A stretch of 64,000 bases of DNA, from assembly GCF_036917455.1 (NCBI RefSeq), contig NZ_JBALDK010000059.1, positions 1,466-65,465 on the forward strand, given 5' to 3'. The position numbers and the translations under genes are program-made. The notes under the pieces were generated by a model, which had not been told where the DNA came from, searched no databases, and saw only the letters and a program-made list of their open reading frames with translations. This DNA is from Nostoc sp. Its GTDB lineage: Bacteria; Cyanobacteriota; Cyanobacteriia; Cyanobacteriales; Nostocaceae. Positions 1 to 9,949 of the stretch are shown here, piece after piece; within the stretch, counting starts at the first letter, position 1; each line of letters starts with the position of its first letter.

Positions 1-355
1 CCACCTGAGCCGCCACACAAGAGCAGATTACAGCATCAGGACGAAGTGCGATCGCCTTAGCCATCTCTTCTATGCAGTTAGGCGCTAAATAGTCGTCATC
101 ATCTAAAAACTTAATCCAGTCGCCGCTAGCTTTCGCAACTCCAGCATTTACCGTTGCTGCATGACCAAGGTTTACTTCGTTTCGATGGTAAACTACCTTA
201 TTCCCTAAGCTTTTGAGATATGTTTGGGTATCATCAGAAGAACAGTCATCGGCAACAACCACCTCACACTCAATTGTTTGGTTCCGAGCCGACTCAACTG
301 CTCTTTGCAGCAAGTTCAAGCGATTATAGGTACTGATGATGACGCTAAATTTCAT
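1..355 (-). CDS. Glycosyltransferase family 2, partial (runs off the left edge)
   Basis: Manual translation from ATG at 355: MKFSVIISTYNRLNLLQRAVESARNQTIECEVVVADDCSSDDT...GDWIKFLDDDD. This has the GT-A N-terminus and a DxD motif. Confidence 0.9.
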   Translation of the reverse strand, partial: MKFSVIISTYNRLNLLQRAVESARNQTIECEVVVADDCSSDDTQTYLKSLGNKVVYHRNEVNLGHAATVNAGVAKASGDWIKFLDDDDYLAPNCIEEMAKAIALRPDAVICSCVAAQV

Positions 356-514
356 AAATTGACACCTGTGGTACAGTATTTTGCAATATAGCTTTGATCT
401 ACTAAGTCTTGTCTCAGTAAAATTATCAATCTCCAATAAGTAGAAGTAGACTGAAATAGGATTATCGATTTATGATTGATGATCGTGAGTTTTTTTTAAG
501 CAGACAGAAAGACT

Positions 515-877
515 ATGAGCGCTCAAGAGATTATCCGCTCCATTGAAGCGGAACAGTTAAAATCTAATTTGCCTGACATTTATGTGGGCGATACCGTAAA
601 AGTAGGAGTGAAAATTAAAGAAGGCGAAAAATACCGGGTACAACCCTACGAGGGAGTAGTGATTGCCAAACGCAATGGTGGCATCAATGAAACTATTACA
701 GTCCGTAAGGTTTTTCAAGGTGTAGGCGTTGAGCGCGTATTTCTGTTGCATTCTCCCCGGATTGACAGCATTAAGGTGTTACGTCGCGGTAAGGTACGCC
801 GTGCTAAACTGTACTATCTCCGCGATCGCGTAGGTAAGGCAACCCGGATTAAGCAACGGTTTGACCGCCCTTTGTAA
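515..877 (+). CDS. rplS: 50S ribosomal protein L19
   Basis: Motifs [19 protein letters not shown] and [10 protein letters not shown]. Confidence 0.99.
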   Translation: MSAQEIIRSIEAEQLKSNLPDIYVGDTVKVGVKIKEGEKYRVQPYEGVVIAKRNGGINETITVRKVFQGVGVERVFLLHSPRIDSIKVLRRGKVRRAKLYYLRDRVGKATRIKQRFDRPL

Positions 878-1023
878 TTCGTGTTTCTTTCATTATGGGA
901 GAAATCTCAAGCGGCATCTGCCGCTGACTTGTTTTATCGACGAAATTGAAGTATGATATAAATCGCGTGTTGCGTTAAACTAAAATTTAGTTCAGCGCAA
1001 TGACTGAATCAAAAACAGCTTGT

Positions 1024-1096
1024 GCGCTCTTAGTTCAGTTGGTAGAACGCAGGTCTCCAAAACCTGATGTCGGGGGTTCAAGTCCTCCAGGGCGCG
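1024..1096 (+). tRNA. trnW: tRNA-Trp(CCA)
   Basis: Cloverleaf GCGCTCT...AGGGCGC. Anticodon arm CAGGT-CT-CCA-AA-ACCTG, T loop GTTCAAG. Canonical position upstream of secE. Confidence 0.98.
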
Positions 1097-1356
1097 CTCA
1101 AGAGCAAAAAACAAAGCCCGAAATAATTACGCAGTTGTTATATTAACAGCTAGCGATAATAATTTCGGGTAAACTTATTGTATTTGCAGTTGTTTTGCTT
1201 TCAGTTAACTAAGTAAAATAGAGTCGAAACTGCAAAACAGGATGACCGAATTTTAGATTTCTTCTCAATCCAAAATCTGAAATTGAGTACCTTTGCTGAA
1301 AGCACGGGATAAATCTAAAATCCAAAATTGACTAAGAAACCGGGGGATAAACGGTC

Positions 1357-1578
1357 GTGGCTAAAAAAAGTGAAGCAGAATTGCCAGAAACTACAAATGG
1401 GTTTAGCTTAGGCAACTTCATCCAGGGAACCAAAGAAGAACTTGACAAAGTAGTTTGGCCCAGTCGGAAACAGATAGTGAGCGAATCCGCCGCTGTGTTG
1501 TTGATGGTGGCGCTCTCGGCATCTTTGATATACTTGGTCGATGGATTGTTTGGTTGGGCAGCAAAACAGGTGTTCTGA
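1357..1578 (+). CDS. secE: Preprotein translocase subunit SecE
   Basis: GTG start, EELDKVVWPSRKQ motif plus one TM helix. Lies between trnW and nusG. Confidence 0.97.
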   Translation: MAKKSEAELPETTNGFSLGNFIQGTKEELDKVVWPSRKQIVSESAAVLLMVALSASLIYLVDGLFGWAAKQVF

Positions 1579-2219
1579 TGACTTTTGCAACAGACGAACC
1601 TCGCAACTCCACGTTGCAGTCGGAGGAAACAGGAGAAACAGCAGAAGCAGCGTCAAAAGAAGCACGCTGGTATGCTGTGCAAGTAGCTTCAGGCTGTGAA
1701 AAGCGTGTAAAGACTAACTTGGAGCAACGCATTCAAACTTTTGATGTAGCTGACAAAATTATCCAAGTAGAAATTCCGCAAACGCCAGCGGTGAAAATCC
1801 GCAAAGATGGCAGTCGCCAGCATACAGAAGAAAAAGTTTTTCCTGGCTATGTGCTGGTGCGGATGATGATGGATGATGATACCTGGCAGGTGGTACGAAA
1901 CACCTCTCATGTAATTAACTTTGTTGGTTCAGAGCAAAAACGTGGTAGCAGCAAGGGTCGCGGTCATGTCCACCCCATACCACTGAGTGCTTCAGAAGTT
2001 GAACGTATATTCAAACAAACCAGCGAACAGGAAGCTGTTGTCAAAATTGACATGGCTACTGGTGATAAGATAATGGTGCTTTCTGGGCCATTTAAAGACT
2101 TTGAAGGCGAGGTAATTGAAGTGTCTCCAGAACGGAGTAAACTTAAAGCCTTGCTCTCAATTTTCGGCAGGGATACACCAGTAGAATTGGAATTTAATCA
2201 GGTAGAGAAACAGAGTTAA
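1578..2219 (+). CDS. nusG: Transcription termination/antitermination factor NusG
   Basis: WYAVQVASGCEKRV, FPGYVLV and KOW domain GPFKDFEG. The real start is ATG 1578 overlapping the secE stop (ATGA), not 1455. Confidence 0.98.
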   Translation: MTFATDEPRNSTLQSEETGETAEAASKEARWYAVQVASGCEKRVKTNLEQRIQTFDVADKIIQVEIPQTPAVKIRKDGSRQHTEEKVFPGYVLVRMMMDDDTWQVVRNTSHVINFVGSEQKRGSSKGRGHVHPIPLSASEVERIFKQTSEQEAVVKIDMATGDKIMVLSGPFKDFEGEVIEVSPERSKLKALLSIFGRDTPVELEFNQVEKQS

Positions 2220-2225
2220 ATACAA

Positions 2226-2651
2226 ATGGCGAAGAAAGTAGTGGCGGTCATTAAACTGGCCCTAAATGCTGGAAAAGCCAACCCAGCACCACCAGTTGGG
2301 CCCGCCTTGGGTCAACATGGTGTTAACATCATGATGTTCTGCAAAGAGTACAACGCTAAAACAGCAGACCAAGCTGGAATGGTGATACCTGTAGAAATTT
2401 CGGTTTTTGAAGACCGGAGTTTTACCTTTGTACTCAAAACGCCACCAGCATCAGTGCTGATTCGGAAGGCGGCGAAGGTTGAAAAAGGCTCGAATGAACC
2501 CAACAAAAAGAAGGTTGGGTCAATTTCTAAAGCACAATTGCAAGAAATAGCCCAAACCAAACTCCCCGACCTCAATGCCAACGACATCGACGCGGCAATG
2601 AAGATTGTGGCAGGAACGGCTAAGAATATGGGTATAACAGTCACGGATTAG
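2226..2651 (+). CDS. rplK: 50S ribosomal protein L11
   Basis: [29 protein letters not shown]. Confidence 0.99.
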   Translation: MAKKVVAVIKLALNAGKANPAPPVGPALGQHGVNIMMFCKEYNAKTADQAGMVIPVEISVFEDRSFTFVLKTPPASVLIRKAAKVEKGSNEPNKKKVGSISKAQLQEIAQTKLPDLNANDIDAAMKIVAGTAKNMGITVTD

Positions 2652-2745
2652 TCATTGATAACTGACGAAAGACAAAGGACAAAGGACAAATAACTAAAAA
2701 TTATCGGGGGAGAGGCGAAGCTTCGGAATTACCCCAGGAGAAAAA

Positions 2746-3459
2746 ATGGTAAAAATATCGCGTCGTTTGCAGACGCTACAAGCAAAAGTAGAAGATAAGG
2801 ATTATCATCCTTTAGAGGCTTTAGCCCTTCTTAAAGACACAGCAACAGCTAAATTTGTTGAAGCTGCCGAAGCACATATCCGGTTGGGAATTGACCCCAA
2901 GTATACAGACCAACAGTTGCGGACAACGGTAGCACTGCCTAAAGGTACAGGGCAAATCGTGCGGGTGGCGGTGATAGCCAGAGGCGAAAAGGTAAACGAA
3001 GCGAGCAACGCTGGTGCTGATATAGTTGGTTCAGAAGAATTGATTGACGAAATCCAAAAAGGTAGAATGGATTTTGACAAACTAATTGCCACACCCGATG
3101 TGATGCCACAGGTGGCAAAGCTGGGTAAATTGCTTGGGCCGCGTGGTTTGATGCCATCGCCCAAGGGTGGAACCGTAACATTTGATATCGGAAGTGCGAT
3201 CGCAGAATTCAAAGCTGGTAAACTAGAATTCCGAGCTGACAGAACTGGTATTGTCCATGTTATGTTTGGTAAGACAACCTTCTCGCCTGAAGATTTATTA
3301 GTCAACCTGAAGGCATTGCAGGAGACGATTGACCGTAACCGTCCTTCAGGAGCTAAAGGTCGTTATTGGCGGACATTTTATGTGTCAGCCACAATGGGGC
3401 CATCAATTAAAATTGATGTCACCGCCCTACGAGATTTAAAACTGAGCGAAGCTGGTTAA
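2746..3459 (+). CDS. rplA: 50S ribosomal protein L1
   Basis: [15 protein letters not shown] and [12 protein letters not shown] motifs, plus synteny. Confidence 0.99.
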   Translation: MVKISRRLQTLQAKVEDKDYHPLEALALLKDTATAKFVEAAEAHIRLGIDPKYTDQQLRTTVALPKGTGQIVRVAVIARGEKVNEASNAGADIVGSEELIDEIQKGRMDFDKLIATPDVMPQVAKLGKLLGPRGLMPSPKGGTVTFDIGSAIAEFKAGKLEFRADRTGIVHVMFGKTTFSPEDLLVNLKALQETIDRNRPSGAKGRYWRTFYVSATMGPSIKIDVTALRDLKLSEAG

Positions 3460-3534
3460 TTTTTAGTCATTAGTTATTAGTCATTGGTCATTTGTAAAAG
3501 CAAAGGACAGAAGACAAATGACAAAATTGAATAG

Positions 3535-3685
3535 GCAAAGCCGGAGACAGCAGGTGCTAATAGCTTAAATATCCTGCCGAGGTTAAAACTCTAATTGTCA
3601 AAATTACCACCCCGAAAGGCGTGATAAGTATGGCATCACGAGTCTTAATACTCAACCCCGGCTAAATTAGTCGGGGTTTGTTGTT
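3535..3685 (+). promoter_or_regulatory. L10 leader (autoregulatory mRNA element upstream of rplJL)
   Basis: GCCGGAGACAGCAGGTG...TTAAATATCCTGCCGAGG pairing pattern typical of L10 leaders, followed by hairpin AACCCCGGC/GTCGGGGTT. Boundaries are approximate. Confidence 0.75.
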
Positions 3686-3753
3686 TGGGTTCACGTTTAG
3701 AAGAAAGCTACAAGTAGGGCAATCACCGATTGTTTTAAGGAGGTGAGATTGGA

Positions 3754-4368
3754 ATGGGTAGAACACTAGAAAATAAAAAAGAGATAGTAGCTGACCTCAA
3801 AGAAACTTTGAGTAATTCAACTCTGGCACTGGTAATTGACTATCAGGGGCTAACGGTTTCTGAAATCACAGACTTACGGCGGCGGCTACGTCCTAGTGGC
3901 ACCGTTTGTAAGGTGACAAAGAACACCCTAATGGGCATTGCCATTGAAGGTAATGAAAAATGGCAGCCTTTGTCAGAATTGCTCAATGGTTCTTCCGCTT
4001 TTTTGCTGGTAAAAGATGATTTTTCATCGGCAATTAAGGCATACCAAGAATTCCAAAAAGTCACCAAGAAGACAGAACTTCGCGGTGGTGTCCTGGAAGG
4101 TCGCCTACTGAAAGAACCTGATGTCAAGGTACTGGGAGACTTGCCATCTAAGGAACAACTCATCGCGCAAATCGCTGGGGCTATCAATTCCTTGGCTACC
4201 AAGATTGCTGTGGGTATCAACGAAGTTCCTGGTTCACTGGCTCGTGCTTTGCAGGCTGTGGCCGACCAAGAGCAAAGTGGTGGTAGCACTGAAACTGCTG
4301 CTGTCCAAGATAGCAGTGCCGAAACCGCAACTGTTGCTGATAGCAGCACCGAACCGGCTGCTGAATAG
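3754..4368 (+). CDS. rplJ: 50S ribosomal protein L10, with an acidic repeated C-terminal extension
   Basis: [24 protein letters not shown] and LPSKEQL motifs. Confidence 0.98.
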   Translation: MGRTLENKKEIVADLKETLSNSTLALVIDYQGLTVSEITDLRRRLRPSGTVCKVTKNTLMGIAIEGNEKWQPLSELLNGSSAFLLVKDDFSSAIKAYQEFQKVTKKTELRGGVLEGRLLKEPDVKVLGDLPSKEQLIAQIAGAINSLATKIAVGINEVPGSLARALQAVADQEQSGGSTETAAVQDSSAETATVADSSTEPAAE

Positions 4369-4461
4369 ACTTCGTGGTTCATCAGTCAAGAGTCAAAAGT
4401 CTATAGTTACAGACCAATGGCCCATGACAAATAAATAATCAAAATTAGAGGAGTTATATCC

Positions 4462-4851
4462 ATGTCTGCTGCAACCGATAACATTTTAGAACAACTAAAA
4501 GGACTGTCTTTGCTGGAAGCTTCTGAGTTAGTCAAGCAAATTGAAGAAGCTTTTGGCGTAAGTGCTGCTGCACCCGTTGGCGTAGCGTTTGCAGGCCCTA
4601 CTGGTGGCCCTGCTCCTGCTGAAGAAGCTGTTGAGCAAACTGAGTTTGAAGTAATTCTTGATTCAGTCCCAGCTGATAAGAAGATTGCCGTGCTGAAGAT
4701 TGTTCGGGAATTGACCGGTTTGGGTCTGAAAGAAGCGAAAGACTTGGTAGAAGCTGCGCCCAAGGCAGTTAAAGAAGGTATTGCTAAGGATGCTGCTGAA
4801 GATGCTAAGAAGCGCATCGAAGAAGCTGGCGGTAAGGTGACTATCAAGTAG
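4462..4851 (+). CDS. rplL: 50S ribosomal protein L7/L12
   Basis: [24 protein letters not shown]. Confidence 0.99.
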   Translation: MSAATDNILEQLKGLSLLEASELVKQIEEAFGVSAAAPVGVAFAGPTGGPAPAEEAVEQTEFEVILDSVPADKKIAVLKIVRELTGLGLKEAKDLVEAAPKAVKEGIAKDAAEDAKKRIEEAGGKVTIK

Positions 4852-4977
4852 TCGCAATCCTATTAAGCAGTCGCGCATTTAATTTGCACAACTAGGGCGG
4901 GTAAGATGCCCACCCCACAAGAGATTCATTTTTTTGAGGATGCAAATTAAAAGATTTTTAGCTTACTAGTTTTTATT

Positions 4978-5005
4978 GAGGAGCCTGAGTCAGGCTCCTT
5001 TTTTT
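4978..5005 (+). terminator. Intrinsic terminator of the ribosomal protein operon
   Basis: GGAGCCTG-agt-CAGGCTCC followed by a T-tract. Confidence 0.8.
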
Positions 5006-5245
5006 CATATCAAGCTATAACAGTACTTTGGTTCTAATCAGCGTAAATTTTATTTTCGAGCTTTGCATTTAGAGTCCCCCATTTTGAAGGGGATTAGGGG
5101 GATTCTCCTGGAGAAAACATCACTAACCCAAGCGGATTAGTTTAAATTTAGGTTAATAAAAAATTATTTATCCTTAACCAATGTTTTATAATGCCCCTTA
5201 ACAACAGCATCTTGCTCAAGATACCGCAGATTAACAGGGGAAAAT

Positions 5246-6424
5246 TTGATGAACCAATGGCAACGTACTCCTAAGTTGGGGAAATATCTAACTAAATTAG
5301 TTGGCACTTATATCGTAAAAGCTTTACAGCCAATAATACTGTGGTGCATACAACCAATACGAAGTTGGTTGTATAGGTATTCTTCGTGGGTCGTTGGATC
5401 TCTATTTTTGGTCGGAGTTAGTTTGAGTGTCTTAATGGCTGCGTGTTCTTCAGGTAATGTTGATAACACTAGTAATGCTGATGCAACTTCCCCACGTGAT
5501 GTAACCCTAACATTTGTTTCTTACTCGGTTACTAACGCAGCATACCAGCAGATCATTCCTAAATTTATCGAGCAGTGGAAGAAAGAACATAATCAAAACA
5601 TCACTTTCAATCAAAGCTATGATGGCTCAGGTTCGCAGACTATTGCTGTAATTGACGGTAAGGAAGCTGACGTAGTACACCTGTCACTTGCACTGGACAT
5701 TAATAAACTTGTTGAGGCAGGTTTTATTCAACCGGGTTGGGAAAAAGAAGCGCCTAACAATGCAATTGTTACCAAATCTCTAGATGCGATCGCTATTCGT
5801 GAAGGTAATCCTAAAAATATCAAAAGGTGGGCAGATTTGGCGCGAGATGGTGTAAATGTGGTTACACCTGACCCCAGAACCTCTGGCGGTGCTCGCTGGA
5901 ATTTCCTTAGTCTTTGGGGTTCTGTGACAAAAACTGGCGGAAATGAAAATCAAGCAATAGACTTTATCTCCAAGGTATATAAGAATGCACCTTTGTTGCC
6001 TAAAACTGCTCGCAATGCCAGTGAACTGTTCTTCAACGATAATAAAGGTGATGTGTTGCTCAACTACGAAAACGAGATGATTTTGCTAGCAAAAAATGGC
6101 AAAAAAATCTCATACGTTGTGCCCGATGTAAATATCTCCATCGACAATCCTGTTGCTGTTGTAGATAAAAATGTAGATAAACATGGGACTCGCGCAATTG
6201 CTGAAGCATTTGTTAAATTTATTTATACCCCTGACTCACAACGAGAGTTTACTAAATTAGGATTTCGTCCCGTTGACTTAACTGTTACAAAAGAAACGGA
6301 AGGCAATTTTCCCAAAATTAAAACTATCTTCAAAGCTGAAGATTTAGGAGGATGGAACAAGATTCAGCAGAAATTCTTTGATGAAGGTGCAATCTTTGAC
6401 AAAATTCGAGCTAAAAAGTCTTAG
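5246..6424 (+). CDS. sbpA: Sulfate ABC transporter substrate-binding protein (start may be further downstream)
   Basis: VSY, GSGSQT, DVVHLSL, PDPRTSGGARWNFL and LLNYENE motifs. Lipoprotein-like LMAAC. No cysT/W/A genes adjacent. Confidence 0.9.
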   Translation: MMNQWQRTPKLGKYLTKLVGTYIVKALQPIILWCIQPIRSWLYRYSSWVVGSLFLVGVSLSVLMAACSSGNVDNTSNADATSPRDVTLTFVSYSVTNAAYQQIIPKFIEQWKKEHNQNITFNQSYDGSGSQTIAVIDGKEADVVHLSLALDINKLVEAGFIQPGWEKEAPNNAIVTKSLDAIAIREGNPKNIKRWADLARDGVNVVTPDPRTSGGARWNFLSLWGSVTKTGGNENQAIDFISKVYKNAPLLPKTARNASELFFNDNKGDVLLNYENEMILLAKNGKKISYVVPDVNISIDNPVAVVDKNVDKHGTRAIAEAFVKFIYTPDSQREFTKLGFRPVDLTVTKETEGNFPKIKTIFKAEDLGGWNKIQQKFFDEGAIFDKIRAKKS

Positions 6425-6449
6425 AAGTTTAGACATGCAATAAAATCCT

Positions 6450-6514
6450 TGTTTGTAGTGAGCGATGAATGGCTCATGCAAGGCTTATCAGGACTAAAGT
6501 CCTCACTACAAACT
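6450..6514. repeat. Short palindromic dispersed repeat between convergent genes
   Basis: Inverted arms TTTGTAGTGAG ... CTCACTACAAA with an internal AGGACTAAAGTCCT palindrome. Confidence 0.55.
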
Positions 6515-6537
6515 TAAATTGATTTACGTCTGGCTAC

Positions 6538-7944
6538 TTAGCTAATCATCTTCTCTAAAGCGATTTGCAAATCTTTTGTCAAATCGCTCACACCTTTTCT
6601 AGATGCTTGGCGATCGCCCTGAGAATTTGACCAACGTTCTGTAACTGAAATTGGCTCTCCCACAGTAATTTGTGCTTGTCGCAAACCTAAGCGGGGTCGT
6701 CCTGGGAGTGTTGTATCCTGAATTCTAGAAAGCATATCGAATACAAGTAAAGCTGTTTCTGCAAAGCGTTCCGCCGTTGGTTGTTCTTGAATATAAGTCG
6801 CTGTGACTGCAACAAAACTTTCCACCATCCGCATGTGCCGCATTCGCAAGTCTGCTTCCTCTGCAATCCAGTCTGCCAAACCACGCTTAAATGGTGGTAA
6901 AGCATTAATATCTGGCAAATCTTCCCGATAAATGTAATTCCAGCCAGCCTCTTCTAAGCGGCGACATCGGTCAATAAAATTACCCTGTGCCTGAACTCCA
7001 AAATACTGCTCGGTAACTTGTAAAGCTTTATCCAGTAAGCAATGAAGTCGGTTAATCAACACCTGATTAGGACTAGCAGATTCATCAGTGGAAATGGTTT
7101 TTGGAATGTCTTGATGATAGAAGCGATGATAAAACTCTTCCATCTCGGTAATGAGATATTCAGCTAACCTACAGAGGCGTTGATAATAAATCTCTTGTTT
7201 ATCGCCCGAATCAATTTCCTTAACTCCCAAACCGCTATCAGCTTCTAACTTACTTAAGAGCCAATCCAGTTTAGACCAAGGTGGTTCAACGTAGCGATAC
7301 TGGATGGCGATCGGCACAATCATCACAGTCTCAGTCCGGTTGGCTTTTTGCAAGTCTTCTGCACACCAGAACCCCATTTGAGCAACACCAGGTTCCAGCG
7401 GGCTAACAATGCCACTATGACCATTAGTACCTCCTTCGGGTGCGACTGCGATCGGTACTTTCCCATTAGCAAACAACTCTCGTGCTGTTTGAATAGCTTG
7501 CCGATCTAGTCGCCTTCCGCGATGAACCGGCACACCCCCCAGCCGGGAAAACAACCAACCTAGCCAATTTCCAGCCCAAACCGTCATCCCGCGATCGTAG
7601 AGAAAATAGCTATGAACAAGCGATCGCAGGGTAATACCTTTCTGACGAGCTACCCGTGGCACAATGTGAGAAAGCAAATACAACATACAGAGGGGATCTT
7701 CCACCTCTGGGTGACGAAATGCCAACAAAAAGCGAATTTTTCCAGCTTGGAATTGTTGATAAAGTTCAGCTAATACCTCAATATTCTTGGCTTCAACGCT
7801 GACAATACCAGCTGGTAGCCAAGGGCGAGTGCGAAATCGTAGTGCGATCGGCAATAACCACCGAACAATCTGGAGTATTGGCAGATTAAGGCGTTGGGGA
7901 ATAAATTTCAGTGGTGGTTGAGTAGAGTGAATCGTTTTAGGCAA
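6538..7944 (-). CDS. Phospholipid/glycerol acyltransferase (PlsC-like family)
   Basis: FRHPEVED (HX4D), LGGVPVHRG, APEG and IVPIAIQY blocks. Confidence 0.85.
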   Translation of the reverse strand: MPKTIHSTQPPLKFIPQRLNLPILQIVRWLLPIALRFRTRPWLPAGIVSVEAKNIEVLAELYQQFQAGKIRFLLAFRHPEVEDPLCMLYLLSHIVPRVARQKGITLRSLVHSYFLYDRGMTVWAGNWLGWLFSRLGGVPVHRGRRLDRQAIQTARELFANGKVPIAVAPEGGTNGHSGIVSPLEPGVAQMGFWCAEDLQKANRTETVMIVPIAIQYRYVEPPWSKLDWLLSKLEADSGLGVKEIDSGDKQEIYYQRLCRLAEYLITEMEEFYHRFYHQDIPKTISTDESASPNQVLINRLHCLLDKALQVTEQYFGVQAQGNFIDRCRRLEEAGWNYIYREDLPDINALPPFKRGLADWIAEEADLRMRHMRMVESFVAVTATYIQEQPTAERFAETALLVFDMLSRIQDTTLPGRPRLGLRQAQITVGEPISVTERWSNSQGDRQASRKGVSDLTKDLQIALEKMIS

Positions 7945-8054
7945 GTCGCTCTCCAGATTGTATTTCTAGCGATTGTAAAACTTGGGGTCTTGGTTTGGCG
8001 TTAGATATTGCTCAGTTGTTACTTTTAACAATAGACCATATAACAGAATAAAAG

Positions 8055-8528
8055 TTATTTTTTATGTTTGGGAAAATTGCGGAATAGATACACAAAGACT
8101 GCTACATTTAACAAAAAAACTAATGTCTTAAGAGGAGATATTCCCTTAATCAATTCATAAATTTCTGGTGGAATGCTGATACCGACAAGTACCAATACTA
8201 AAATATGTGCCCAACGTTTTTCATACCACAAACCAACAGCTTCAATACCAGTTACAATAGCATATATTCCTGCGCCAATGCCGCTAAATGCCAGAGTTCT
8301 GGGATTTAAGTTGATAACTTTTTGTAAAACCCAATCAATGATTATCGATTTACCTTCTAAAACATAATCGTCTGAAAAAGCCTCTAAATTTTGATAATTT
8401 TTTAACGTCAATAATAAAGCGATCGAAGTAACCATAAGCAGCAAGGCGGTAAATGATTTGTAGAGAACAATTGCCACTAACCCCAATGGACGCTTTTCCA
8501 AACAACCCCCTAAGTATATATAAGTCAA
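8055..8528 (-). CDS. DUF2127-like membrane protein
   Basis: Four hydrophobic segments and IEAVGLWYEKRWA...IPPEIYEL. Confidence 0.7.
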   Translation of the reverse strand: MTYIYLGGCLEKRPLGLVAIVLYKSFTALLLMVTSIALLLTLKNYQNLEAFSDDYVLEGKSIIIDWVLQKVINLNPRTLAFSGIGAGIYAIVTGIEAVGLWYEKRWAHILVLVLVGISIPPEIYELIKGISPLKTLVFLLNVAVFVYLFRNFPKHKK

Positions 8529-8793
8529 ATTTTGATTAGCTGGCTCTTAATGATGCCAACTAAGATGCCTATTGTAGCAGTACTTTATCGGACTATCTTG
8601 GCCCAAAAATTTATCTAACTAAGTACGACTTTGAATATTAGGGCAATTGGATGCAACACCAACTTATCTATCCCTTGACTCATTCCCTAGCGTATGCTAT
8701 TACCCATTCTCTACTACAGAATGGGGTTTTGATTTAGGTGTGTTTGCTTTGGGATATTCCCAGCGATCGCACATTTATCAAAATCATATCCAA

Positions 8794-8866
8794 TGGAGGT
8801 TAGCGGACTCGAACCGCTGACATCCTGCTTGCAAAGCAGGCGCTCTACCAACTGAGCTAAACCCCC
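8794..8866 (-). tRNA. trnA: tRNA-Ala(UGC)
   Basis: Reverse complement GGGGGTTTAGCTCAGTTGGTAGAGCGCCTGCTTTGCAAGCAGGATGTCAGCGGTTCGAGTCCGCTAACCTCCA, anticodon TGC. Confidence 0.98.
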
Positions 8867-8937
8867 ATAAAATTAAAATAGTCGGTAACTTTGGTTGCCG
8901 TTGCTATTGTAACTTATATTGTTCCATTACTAAAGGG

Positions 8938-9861
8938 ATGAAGCCAGAAAATATCCAAGTTGTCGCAGCATTGTATAAATTCGTCAAGCTGCCAGATTTT
9001 GCCGATAAACGAGATCCTCTACTATCTTACTGCCAAGCGCAAGGTGTCAAGGGGACAATTTTGTTGGCACAAGAAGGTATTAACGGTACAATTGCGGGTT
9101 CGCGTCAGGCGATTGAATCTGTTCTCTGGTTTCTGCGTTCTGACCCCCGTTTAGCAGACCTAGAGTCTAAAGAGTCCTATGCCGAAACCCCGCCCTTTGA
9201 GCGGATGAAGGTGCGGTTGAAGCCAGAAATTGTCACTTTGGGATTGCCTGAAATAGATCCAAATGAGCAAGTTGGCACTTATGTCAGTCCCCAGGAATGG
9301 AATGATTTGATTAGCGATCCTGAAGTAACTGTGATTGACACTCGCAATGATTATGAGGTGAATATCGGTACTTTTCAAGGGGCAGAAAACCCTCAAACTG
9401 GCTCATTTCGAGAATTTCCCGATTATGTGCTACGCCACCTCGACCCAACTAAACATAAAAAAGTTGCTCTGTTTTGTACTGGTGGCATTCGCTGTGAAAA
9501 AGCTTCATCCTTCATGCTTGCCCAAGGCTTTCCAGAGGTCTATCATCTCAAGGGCGGCATTCTCAAGTATTTGGAAGAAGTTCCAGCAGAGAAAAGTTTA
9601 TGGGAAGGAGAATGTTTTGTCTTTGACGAGCGGGTAGCCGTTAGTCATGGTCTGGAGAAAGGGAGTTCTGATCGGTGCTTCAGTTGTGGGTATGCGATTT
9701 CTGAGGAAGATAAGGCATCTGACAAGTACGAGGAAGGTATCTCCTGTGCCTATTGTTTTGATAGCCTCACCGAAGATAAAAGAGTGCGTCAACATGAAAA
9801 ATGGCGGCACTACCAAACCCAAGTTGCTAATTCTAAAAATCGGGATGTTAGTAACCTATAA
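8938..9861 (+). CDS. trhO: Rhodanese-domain tRNA U34 hydroxylase (YceA/UPF0176 family)
   Basis: [49 protein letters not shown] and CFVFDER. Confidence 0.9.
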   Translation: MKPENIQVVAALYKFVKLPDFADKRDPLLSYCQAQGVKGTILLAQEGINGTIAGSRQAIESVLWFLRSDPRLADLESKESYAETPPFERMKVRLKPEIVTLGLPEIDPNEQVGTYVSPQEWNDLISDPEVTVIDTRNDYEVNIGTFQGAENPQTGSFREFPDYVLRHLDPTKHKKVALFCTGGIRCEKASSFMLAQGFPEVYHLKGGILKYLEEVPAEKSLWEGECFVFDERVAVSHGLEKGSSDRCFSCGYAISEEDKASDKYEEGISCAYCFDSLTEDKRVRQHEKWRHYQTQVANSKNRDVSNL

Positions 9862-9885
9862 CTACTTTTCATAACCGAGATCAAA

Positions 9886-9929
9886 AAAGTTTACTCCTCA
9901 AAATTTGAGGTTTTTGAGGAGTAAACTTT
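9886..9929. terminator. Bidirectional terminator-like hairpin between convergent genes
   Basis: Perfect 18-bp inverted repeat AAAGTTTACTCCTCAAAA / TTTTGAGGAGTAAACTTT. Confidence 0.7.
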
Positions 9930-9949
9930 GGGGTTTTCCAGCTAGATTT

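Noticed and set aside
1455-1577. N-terminal extension of NusG given by the ORF track
   Set aside because: It overlaps secE in another frame. ATG 1578 coupled to the secE stop is the canonical start.
557-4878. Antisense and alternative-frame ORFs over ribosomal protein genes (e.g. 2805..3305, 3843..4382, 4407..4847)
   Set aside because: Shadow ORFs of highly conserved genes with no recognisable motifs.
4895-5105. Short palindromic elements after rplL (GGGCGGGTAAGATGCCCACCCC; CCCCATTTTGAAGGGGATTAGGGGGA)
   Set aside because: They look like common cyanobacterial dispersed repeats. They are single copies here and I cannot assign a function.
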